Shown here: piece by piece, positions 39,955 to 50,568 of the stretch
Numbering within the stretch: position 1 is the stretch's first letter
Layout of the letters: each line of letters starts with the position of its first letter
Assembly (NCBI GenBank): GCA_028826165.1
Contig: JAPDFW010000067.1
Location: forward strand, 186,001 to 250,000
Direction of reading: 5' to 3'
DNA from: Anaeramoeba ignava BMAN
Lineage: Eukaryota > Protista > Anaeramoebae
Length of the DNA stretch: 64,000 nucleotides
Notes under the pieces: generated by a model
What the model saw: the letters and a program-made list of their open reading frames with translations, nothing else
What the model was told of the DNA's origin: nothing
Databases searched by the model: none
Made by a program: the position numbers and the translations under genes

Positions 39955-42491
39955 ATGTCAAGTCAAGATCGATATGTAGAAAATTTTTTAGATGAATATG
40001 GAGCAGAATTACAAAATCAAAATGTTGAACAAATTCGTTCTTTTTCTTTTCCTCCAAATCAACGAGAATCTCAAAAAGAAGAAATGAATATAAATGATAC
40101 CCAAAATACAAATTCAACTATTCAATTCAATCAAAAAAAAATGAAATCCTTATCTGTTTCTAAAAAAGGAAATTTAATTAAAAATTCAAAGCATTTTTCA
40201 AATAAGATCAAAACAAAAAAAATAAATGGACCCCCAAATCAAATTATGACAGAGAGTTTCAATGAAAAGATCAGTAAATTGTTATTCCTTTTTTTTATTA
40301 TTTTTTTTATTAATATTTTTTGATAAGATCAAGATCAATCAAAATGAGTTGATCTTCAATACAAAATATCACCCCCAAATAATGATACAATTACAATTAC
40401 AATTTAAATCCAATTATAAATATAAATATAAATCTAAATTCAATTATAAATATAAATATAAATATAATTATAAATATAAATATAAATATAAATATAAATA
40501 TAAATATAAATATAAATATAAATATAAATATAAATATAAATATAAATATAAAAATAAATATAAATATAAATATAAATATAAATATAAATATAAATACAAA
40601 TATATAAAAATAAATATAAATATAAATATAAATATAAATATAAATATAAATATAAATATAAATATAAATATAATTATAAATATAAATATAAATATAAATA
40701 TAAATATAAATATAAATATAAATATAAATATAAATATAAATATAAATATAAATCCAAATATAAATATAAATATAAATATAAATATAAAATATAAATATAA
40801 ATATATAAATATAAAATATAAATATAAATATAAATATAAATATAAATATAAATATAAATATAAATATAAATATAAAATATATAAATATAAAATATATAAA
40901 TAAAATAAAATATAAAATAAACAAATATATAAATATAAATATAAAATATAAATATAAATATAAATATAAATATAAATATAAATAAATATAAATATAAATA
41001 TAAATATAAATATAAATATAAATATAAAATATAAATAAAATTATAAATATAAATAAAAAATATATAAATATAAATATAAATATAAATATAAATATAAATA
41101 TAAATATAAATATAAAATATAAATATAAATATAAATAAAAATAAAATATGATTAAAAATAAAAAATAAAAGATAAATATAAAATAAAAATATAAATATAA
41201 ATAAAAACATATAAATATAAATATAAATATAAATATAAATATAAAATATAAAATAAAATAAATATAAAATATAAATATTCAATAAAAATAAATATAAATA
41301 TAAAATATAAATATAAATATAAATATAAATATAAAATATAAATATAAATATAAATATAAATATAAATATAAATATAAATATAAATATAAATATAAATATA
41401 AAATATAAATATAAATATAAAATATAAATATAAATATAAAATATAAATATAAAATAAAAATATAAAATATAAAATAAATATAAATATAAATACATAAATA
41501 TAAATATAAATATAAATATAAATATAAATATAAATATAAATATAAATATAAATATAAAATATAAATAAAAAAGAATATAAATATAAATATAAATATAAAT
41601 ATAAATATAAATATAAATATAAATATAAATATAAATATAAATATAAATATAAAAATATAAATATAAATATAAATATAAATATAAATATAAATATAAATAT
41701 AAATATAAATATATAAATATAAATATAAATATAAATATAAATATAAATATAAATATAAATATAAATATAAATATAAATATAAATATAAATATAAATATAA
41801 ATATAAATATAAATATAAATATAAATATAAATATAAATATAAATATAAATATAAATATAAATATAAATATAAATATAAATATAATTAAAATTCATTTATA
41901 AAAATCAAAATTAAATTTAAAATTATAGATTCTTATTCAGATTCAGATTCAGATTCAAATTCAAATTCAGATTCGGAATTAGATTCAGAATCAGATTTGG
42001 AATCAGAACTAAAATCTGAACTAGAACAAATAGAAAAAGAATCATCACAACAACAAAACTTAATTGAACAAACAGATTCAATGGATATCGATCAAACAGA
42101 ATCAAAATCACAAATTTCATCAGATGAATTACAACAATTTTTAAGTCAAAAACCAGCTCCAAAAATCGGATTTCGGTTAGACAAAATTGCAGCATATAAT
42201 CCATCAATAATTCAAGGATGGTCACCTAACTCTTATCATTTGTATATAAAGAAAAGAATAGTTCCTGAATATGTAGAATTAAGAGATGATGTTATAGAAC
42301 TTCTTGTTTCTTTAACTGGAAAACAAACAAGAACTCAAAGTGCTAAATTATCCCATAAAAATAAACAAGTTAAAACTGATGATTGGAGAAATACAAGAAG
42401 AGGTTTAACTGCTTTTTTTACTAATACTTTAGGTTTAACTAATCAAACAAACAGACAACAAGGAAGAATGATTTTTCGCAGACAAATATAA
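39955..42491 (+). CDS. Hypothetical protein with a compact basic C-terminal domain (possible winged-helix DNA-binding domain); 2 exons
   Basis: Donor GT at 40274 (phase 1) fits acceptor AG at 41927-41928, giving an open frame into ORF 41997..42491. The domain call is tentative. Confidence 0.6.
40415..41885 (+). repeat. Intronic (TAAATA)n microsatellite, ~1.5 kb
   Basis: Directly visible. It is the source of the spurious YKYK/IYIY ORFs. Confidence 0.95.
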
Positions 42492-42878
42492 ATCAAATTA
42501 AATTAAATTAAATTAAATTCAATTCAATTCTTTTTTTTTTCAATAATGTAATCTTTCTTATTTTCTTTTTGTTCTTTTTGTTCTTTTTGTTATTTTTCTT
42601 TTCTTGTTCTTTTTCTTTTTTCAAACAATTTTTCCTTTCTTTCTTGTTTCTGAATTTTTCTTTTTAAAAATAAAATCAAAAATCAAAATCAAAAATCAAA
42701 AATTAAAATTAAAAAAGTTTTTGTGTTTGTTTGAGTGTTTTTTTCTTTTGGATTTTATTCTTGAGAAGAAGAAAAGATTTCCGAGATGTGAACAATTCTT
42801 TTTATAAAAAAAAAAATAGTCACATTTCAATTCAAGAAATTATGATTCTTTCCCTCTTTTTATTTAGGAATTGATTGT

Positions 42879-43321
42879 TTAATCAAAAAGACCTAATCCA
42901 ATACCACCTCCATCACTTGAAAATGCACTGCTTGATTTCTTTGGTGGTTCATCATCTTGAACTTCTGGTTTTTCATCTTCTTTGACTTCAGTTTCTTGTT
43001 GGGTTTCTTGTTGACCAACTGGACCTGAAACAACTAATTTAGAAAAAAAAAAGATTATAAATTTAGTTTAAATTGAAAATTAAGTTTAATTTGATTTAAA
43101 TTGTTTTTACCTGTTGGAGCTCCTGATAATAAAGCTGAAATATCATTTTCTTCTGCATAATTAGTGAATAATTTAAACCAATAAGGTTCAACTGAAACAT
43201 CTGCTGCATCTAAAACTTTCTTTAATTTATCTGGTGTGATTTTGATTTGTTCTTGTTGTAATAACAAGACTGCAAAAGTAATTGCCATTTCTTCTTTTTG
43301 ATCTCTTGAAAGTGTGTCCAT
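42879..43321 (-). CDS. RPLP1: 60S acidic ribosomal protein P1; 2 exons
   Basis: EMAITFAVLLL..ITPDKLKKVLDAADVSVEPYWFKLF is P1-type. Exons 43321-43111 and 43033-42879 join in phase 1. The protein ends ...SSDGGGIGLGLFD*. Confidence 0.9.
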
Positions 43322-43616
43322 TCTATTTTTTATTTTAAATTATTTTATTTTTATTTTTAATTTAAATTTTTTTATTTATTTTTTATAATATATTTTTACT
43401 GAATAAAAAAGAAAAAAAATGAAATAAAAAATTAAAAAAAAAATTTTTTTTTCTTTTTTTTTTTTATTATGTAATTATTACTAATTATTTTTATTTTTTT
43501 ACTAATCTTGTTTTTGTTTTTTTGTTAATTTCATTTTAATTAAAATTTTAATTAAAATTTTTATTTTTATTTATTTTTTTAATTTATTTTTTTTCATTTT
43601 TTTTCTTTTTTTTAAA

Positions 43617-46600
43617 ATGAATTCTTTTCAAAATAAAAATCAAAATACAAATGAAAATATAAATGAAAATACAAATCAAAATACAAATCAAAATACAAAT
43701 CAAAATATAAATCAAAATATAAATGAAAATACAAATGAAAATAAGAAAAAAGAATTTACTTCTTTTGGTAATTTATTCCAATTCTAATTCTAATTCCAAT
43801 TCCAATTCTAATTCCAATTCCAATTCAAATTCCAATTCTAATTCTAATTATAATTATAATTCTAATTCCAATTCAAATTCAAATTCCAATTCCAATTCTA
43901 ATTATAATTCCAATTCTAATTATAATTATAATTCTAATTCCAATTCTAATTCCAATTCTAATTCCAATTCTAATTCTAATTCTAATTCAAATTCAAATAC
44001 CAATTTCAATACCAATTCTAATTCTAATTCTAATTCCAATTCTAATTCCAATTCAAATACTAATTCCAATTCCAATTCAAATTCCAATTCCAATTCCAAT
44101 TCCAATTCAAATTAAAATAAAATTCAAAATTTCAATTTCTAATTTCAATTTCCAATTCTGATTACAATTTCTAATTTCCAATTTCAAATTTATTCTGATT
44201 CAATTTCCAATTTCTAATTCTAATTTTCTATTTCTAATTTACAATTTCTAATTTAATTCTACAATTTCTATTCAATTCCCAATTCTGAATTCTAATTCTA
44301 ATTCTAATTCTAATTCTAATTCTAAATTTTCAATTTAATTTCTAATTCTAATTTATTCAATTCAAATTCTAATTTTAAATTCCAATTTCTAATTCTAAAT
44401 TCAATTCCAATTCTAATTTACAATTTCTAATTTTCAATTTCCAAATTCTAACTTTCAAATTCTAATTTCTAATTCAATTCAAAATTCTAATTTACAATTC
44501 TAATTCCAATTAAATTTAAGAACCCAATTCTAATTCCAAAAATTCCAAATTAATTTTCTAATTCAAATTTCAATTCTAATTCAAATTCCAATTTCTAATT
44601 TAATTATATTATAATTCCAATTCTAATTCCAATTTCTCAATTTTCAAATTCTAAATTCTACAATTTCTAATTCAAATTTAATTTCTAAATTCAAATTCAA
44701 AATTCTAATTTCGATTATAATTCTAATTTCTAATTCAAATTCTAATTCCAATTATAATTCTAATTCTAATTCCAATTCTAATTCCAATTCCAATTCTAAT
44801 TCCAATTCTAATTCCAATTCTAATTCCAATTCCAATTCCAATACCAATTCCAATTCAAATTCAAATTCAAATTAAAATTAAAATTAAATCGAAAATTAAA
44901 ATTAAATCGAAAATTAAAATTAAATCGAAAATTAAATCGAAAATTAAAATAGTCCAAGAAGTAGACGAAATGAATAAAATCCTTCAATATATTTCACAAA
45001 TTAAAAAAGAAGATGATAAAATACTTGATTCACAAACAACTAATCGATTCATTCAAATTATTGAAAAATATCAAGAACAACCCAGATTATTAGACCCACA
45101 TCTCAAATCAATTATAACACAACTTTGTCAAACAATTTTTACAAATCAAGAAAATCCAAAAGTTTATAATCCTTTGTTCGAAATAATTTATTCAATAACA
45201 AAAATTCGTGGATATAAAATTGTGATTAAATACTTAGATCACGATGTTTCACGATTCAATACAGTTTATAATCTTCTATTCAAACAAGATATCCAAAATT
45301 TTGCTACTTGGAAAACAAGATATTCTTTATTACTTTGGCTTTCAATTCTCATTTTAAATCCCTTTAGCCTCAAAAATTTTGAAACTTCAGAACATCAAAA
45401 CATTATTGAATCTCTTGTAGAACTTTGCAAAAAATATTTTTATGAATCTGGTGTGGCTTCAGATGGCGCTGCTATTCTTTTAAGCAGGATTTTCATTCGC
45501 CCAGACACATCATTAACTCAACGAAAAGAATTTTATGATTGGGTTGATAATGTTTTATTCAAACAAGAAAACGAAGATCCTTATTTTGTAAATTTCAAAA
45601 TTAAAAATTTCAAAATTAAAAAAAATTAAAAAAAAATTTCTTTTAGAAAATTGCTATATTTTCAGTTTTAGCTCATGTTTTTAAACATGGTCATCGAGAA
45701 GAACTCAAACAAGATTTAAAAATTGTTCTTGATTTAACACAAAAAAGTAATATCTCAAAATCTCCTGTTGCTCAAATTAGAAAATTGGGAATAAAATTAA
45801 TACAAAGAATCGGGTTATTTTTATTACCTTCTTATATTCCAAAATGGAAATATCAAATATGCACCAAATCATTAATTCAAAATCTCAAAAAAGATACACC
45901 ACAAACACCCACAATAAATGAAAATGAAAATGAAAATGAAAATGAAAATGAAAATGAAATTAATGAGGATGATGACGAAGAGCAATATGATGCTCCTATT
46001 GAGATTGAATCAATCATCCAATTAATTCTTAATGGTATTTCAGATTCAGATACAAATGTAAGATGGAATTCAGCAAAAGGAATTGCACGAATCACGAATC
46101 AATTACCAAAATCATTTGCAGATGAAATTGTCGAATCAATTATTGAACGAGCTTCTAAAAATAATGGTTTGTCTAAAAGAAAAATTTAATATTTTAATTT
46201 CATTTTCATTTTAATTTCATTTTCATTTTCATTTATTTAGATGATGATGCAGTTCTTCATGGATGTTGTTTTTCATTTGCAGAACTTGCCCGAAGAGGTT
46301 TATTATTGCCAAAAAGACTTCCACAAATAATTCCTATTGTAATTCATTCGCTTTTTTATGACGAGCTTAGAGGAACTTATAGTATTGGATCACACGTTCG
46401 AGATGCATCTTGTTATGTATGCTGGGCATTTGCAAGAGTGTACAACAAAGACATCATGAAAGAATTTGTGTCTAAAATAGCAACAAGTCTAGTTATTGAA
46501 TCACTTTTTGATCGCGAAGTTCATTGTAGAAGAGCAGCAGCTGCAGCTTTCCAAGAAAATGTTGGAAGACAAGGCTATTTTCCTCATGGAATTGATATTG

Positions 46601-49024
46601 TGACAACTGCAGATTATTTTTCTGTTGGAAACAGAAACAACTCCTTTCTTCTTGTTGCTCCTAAAATTGGACAGTATGAAGAATATAGAAAACCACTTAT
46701 TGATCATCTTGTGAACTCAAAAGTCATTTATTGGGACCAGCAAATCCGTGTTCTTTCTTCCCGATCCTTGGCAAAATTCGCATCTTTTGATCCAAATTAT
46801 TTTATCCAAGAAATTCTTCCTAAATTTATTCTTCAGGCAACATCCCGTGATCTTAAAATCAGACATGGAAGTATTTTGGCAATTTCGGAAATTATTCTTT
46901 CACTTTCTCAAATTGTAGATATTAACAAAGATTTAATAACATCAGTCAAATTTCCTGAATCAAAACCAAAATCAAATCAAAAAACAAAAACACAACCAAA
47001 ACAAAGATCAAAAATGAATATAAAAATAGCAAAGAAAGTTGTTTCCAAAACTAAATCAAATGTCCCGAAAAAAAAGCCAATTAACACCAAAAAAACAACA
47101 CAAATTGAAACAAAGGGAAAAAAAGAAACAAAAGAAACAAATGAAAAAACTCCAAATACATATAATTCCCATATTTTATCTATTCCAGAAAAAATTGAAA
47201 ACGCAAGATTTTTGAAAGGAAAAACGGGAGAAATTCTTCGTGTTGCATTAAATAGATTGATTGAATCCATTTCGGTATCAAAGATGGAAATCTCGAAAGA
47301 GAATCTTGAGCTGTTTTTAAAAATGCTTGAACAAAATTTAATAGCTTCCAAAGAAGAGATACAGGAATCCGCTGTATCAGCTTTCCAGCAGTTCTCACAT
47401 AATTATTTTAGTGATAAAAATTTAGCTGATCATGCTTTTATCAAAAAAGCACACCAATCGTTTACTGATTCACTTACTCAAGATATAAATCGGTTTGCGA
47501 GAAGAGGGCACGCTTTAGGATATGGAGTTGCCAACAAAGAGTTTCTTCAAAACAATTTGAAGCAAATTTGTATTCTTTTAATTGCAAATATTATATCGAT
47601 CCAAAAAAAATCAATTAATGGGAAAGAAAATGAAAAATTAAACGAAAAGATGAAAAATTGGTTGCGTTTACAAAATGTTAAACAATTCAAACCGATTGAT
47701 GATCCTGAAATTCGGCGAGATTGTATTATTGGTTTAGTTGGAGTTTGCGAAAAAATCGATGTTACAAAACTTGTGGAAAATGATTTGGTCAATCCAATTT
47801 TTGATTCTTTGATCAATTCTTTAGGAGATTATACAGCAGACAACAGAGGAGATGTTGGCTCGTGGGTTCGAGAAGCAGCAATGATTGGATTGGATAAGTT
47901 TATAAATTTATTACTAGAAAATATAAGTAAGTCAAAAAGATTTACAAATTTATATTTTAACACAAAATTTTATTTAAAAATTTTATTTAAAAATTTTACT
48001 TCAAATTTTGTTAAATATTTAAAATTTTCAAGTTCTTTCTTCAAATATGGCAGTTCAAGTTTTGTTTGAAATTTTGAAACAATCAGTTGAAAAAATTGAT
48101 AAAATGAGAGGAGTTGCTGGAAATATTTTTTATAAATTAATCCAAAACGAAAAATTCCAAAAATTGATTCCATTTCATTCTGAAATTATTAAATTTTTCC
48201 CATTGAATTTAGAAATTAATTGGAGTTCATCAGTTGAAACATTTCCGGTATTCGTTCAACTTTTATATTGCAAAAATTGCCAGCAATCATTATTGAATGG
48301 ACTAATTCTTTCAGTTGGAGGATTGGGCGAATCACTTATAAAAACAACAACAAAAATTCTTTTGGATTTTTTTGAAGAATTATCAAATAACGGAAAAAAA
48401 GAAATTATTGAAGATGTTTCAATGTGTTTCGTAAATTTAATTGAAAATTATTCAAATAACACAAAAGTAATCACTTCAGCATTCAACACTTTGGATATTT
48501 TACTTTCAAATGATTGTTTTCAATTATTAAGAGAAAAAGAAAACAAAGTGGGTCAATTATTTTCAGAAAAAATATTGAGTCTCACAAGAAATGAGCTCAA
48601 AAACTCAAAAGACACAAAGAAACTTTCTTCAGGAATTAACGTTATTTGCGGTCTTTTATCTTTTCCAAATGTTTTTAACGCCTGCATTTCAATTCTTGCA
48701 ATTTACTTGTTGCATCCTTATCCTTTGATTAGAAAACATTGTTCTGAACAATTATATGTTAAAATTTTAGGAACTTCTTTTATTATTAATGAAAAAGATG
48801 AGGATCAAAATCAAGAAATTTTGGATCAAATTATGGAAATTCTTTCCTCTATTGATTGGAGTATTTCAACTGTTGAACAATTAAAACCAAAAAGAGATTT
48901 GTTGTGCAATTTGTTTTGTGTTCCTGTTCCTGTTTTAATCAAACAAAATCCAAATGTAATGAATCAATCAACAAATCAAAAGGAATCTGGTTATTCTGAT
49001 TTAGTGAAAGATGTTGGTTATTAA
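43617..49024 (+). CDS. TBCD: Tubulin-specific chaperone D; 5 exons
   Basis: Exons 43617-43767, 44953-45587, 45647-46166, 46241-47926, 48033-49024. Motifs: YQEQPRLLDPHL, KIRGYK, VRWNSAKGIARI, AELARRGLLLP, VRDASCYVCWAFAR, FDREVHCRRAAAAAFQENVGRQG, DNRGDVGSWVREAA, and C-terminal YSDLVKDVGY. Confidence 0.97.
43775..44875 (+). repeat. Intronic (TCTAAT/TCCAAT/TCAAAT)n microsatellite in TBCD intron 1
   Basis: Intron spans 43768-44952. The central part (~44115-44750) is scrambled by small indels. Confidence 0.9.
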
Positions 49025-49135
49025 GAATAGATTTTTTTTTTTGGAAAATAAAAAATAAGAAAACGTTTTTTTTCATTTCATTTTTTTCATTTTTTTCATT
49101 TTATTCATTTTTATTATTTTTTTCATTTAAATATT

Positions 49136-49927
49136 ATGTTAGATTTAAATGATGATTTTTCTTATGAAATGGTGCAAAAATACCCCAAAAAAATGCCAAG
49201 AAAAATAATTAACGGAATTTTATATGAACTTCGATGTGCAAATGGGTTTATCAAAATATACACAGAAAAAGGGATTAATTACTGGGCAACCCAAACAGAA
49301 AATAGCTGTTTACTTCCTGATTTCAAACTACATTTTTCAATCAAACAAGAAGATTTTGCAAAAGCATGGAATATTTTAGTATTTTTATTTCTCGAGGAAG
49401 GACATGATCTTGCGATGAAAGTAAAACAAGGAAGATGGCCAGATTATATGAAAGGAAGAGAAATAACGGTTTATATGTATCAACACCATTCAAAATATGA
49501 AATGAATAAAGATAATCATTTGACAGCTAAGGATCAAAAAAAAAATTCAGTTTGGATCCGTTTTATTAAAAAAGCAGAAAAAAGACTTAAAAAAGCAAAT
49601 GTGAGATCTAACGGAATTTTTGAAGGTGATCATCCTCTTGGTTTGTTTACCAGTATTCGCAATGAGGCTTTTGTTAAAGTTCCTAAAAATTGGAAACCTC
49701 CTACTTCTTCTTGGTCTGGTTATGATTTAAGTGGTCTTGCTAAGTTTCATCTTGTTTACCCTCCTAATGATATGGGTTTTAATGCTGCTAATCATTCTTC
49801 TCCTTTTTTGAAAATTCGTCCACTTTCTTCCCAAATAAATTGGTCTTTTTTATGTTCTTATTTTTTCTTTTTTTTTATTTTTATATTGGTTTTGTATTTA
49901 GTGCGAACAGGATTAAATTCTGATTAA
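49136..49927 (+). CDS. OspF/SpvC/HopAI1-like phosphothreonine lyase homologue with a C-terminal transmembrane anchor; intronless
   Basis: Ordered motifs NGFIKI, DFKLHFSI (K64, H66), AMKVK (K95), GREITVY (Y113), FIKKAEKRLKKANV, GDHP (D165), FTSIRNE (R175, E177) and SPF parallel the SpvC motifs as I recall them: VFIH, DKFHISV, WKVT, GAQFTLY, FIECLESRLSENGV, SDVHP, YLSYRNE, EPF. Hydrophobic tail at residues ~236-256. Confidence 0.75.
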   Translation: MLDLNDDFSYEMVQKYPKKMPRKIINGILYELRCANGFIKIYTEKGINYWATQTENSCLLPDFKLHFSIKQEDFAKAWNILVFLFLEEGHDLAMKVKQGRWPDYMKGREITVYMYQHHSKYEMNKDNHLTAKDQKKNSVWIRFIKKAEKRLKKANVRSNGIFEGDHPLGLFTSIRNEAFVKVPKNWKPPTSSWSGYDLSGLAKFHLVYPPNDMGFNAANHSSPFLKIRPLSSQINWSFLCSYFFFFFIFILVLYLVRTGLNSD

Positions 49928-50180
49928 AATATTAAATAAATTATTAAATAAATTTTTATCCGATTTTGAAATAAAATATTAAATAAATTAATAAATAAAT
50001 TAATAAATAAATTATTAAATAAATTTTATCCGATTTTGAAATAAAATATTTAAGTTTTTGAATGAAATTCTCAATTTATTTTTTTGTGAATAAAGAGAAC
50101 AGAAAAAAAAAAACGAAAAAGAGAACACAATTAATCAAAAAAAAGAAAAAAGAAAAAAAAAAAAAACTTTTTTCTTTTAA

Positions 50181-50562
50181 ATTGGTTTGATTTGATTTGA
50201 TTTGATTTGATTTAAATTGAATTGAATTGAATTGATTTGAATTGATTTGATTTGAATTAAATTGAATTTGAATTGATTTGAATTGAATTGATTTGATTTG
50301 ATTTGATTTGATTTGATTTGATTTAAATTGATTTGATTTAAATTGATTTGAATTGATTTAAATTGAATTGATTTGAATTGAATTGATTTGATTTAAATTG
50401 ATTTGATTTGAATTGATTTGATTTAAATTGATTTAAATTGAATTGATTTGATTTGAATTGATTTAAATTGAATTGAATTGAGTTGAATTGAATTGAATTG
50501 AATTGAATTGAATTGATTTGATTTAAATTGATTTGAATTGATTTGATTTGATTTGATTTGAT
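50181..50562. repeat. (ATTTG/AATTG)n microsatellite directly 3' of the supervillin-like stop codon
   Basis: Directly visible. It reads (CAAAT/CAATT)n on the minus strand, the sense strand of that gene. Confidence 0.9.
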
Positions 50563-50568
50563 TTCTTT

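Noticed and set aside
40345-40347. Selenocysteine or stop-codon reassignment
   Set aside because: No selenoprotein-like context, a TAA follows shortly, and TGA terminates other genes in the window (BEACH, NPL).
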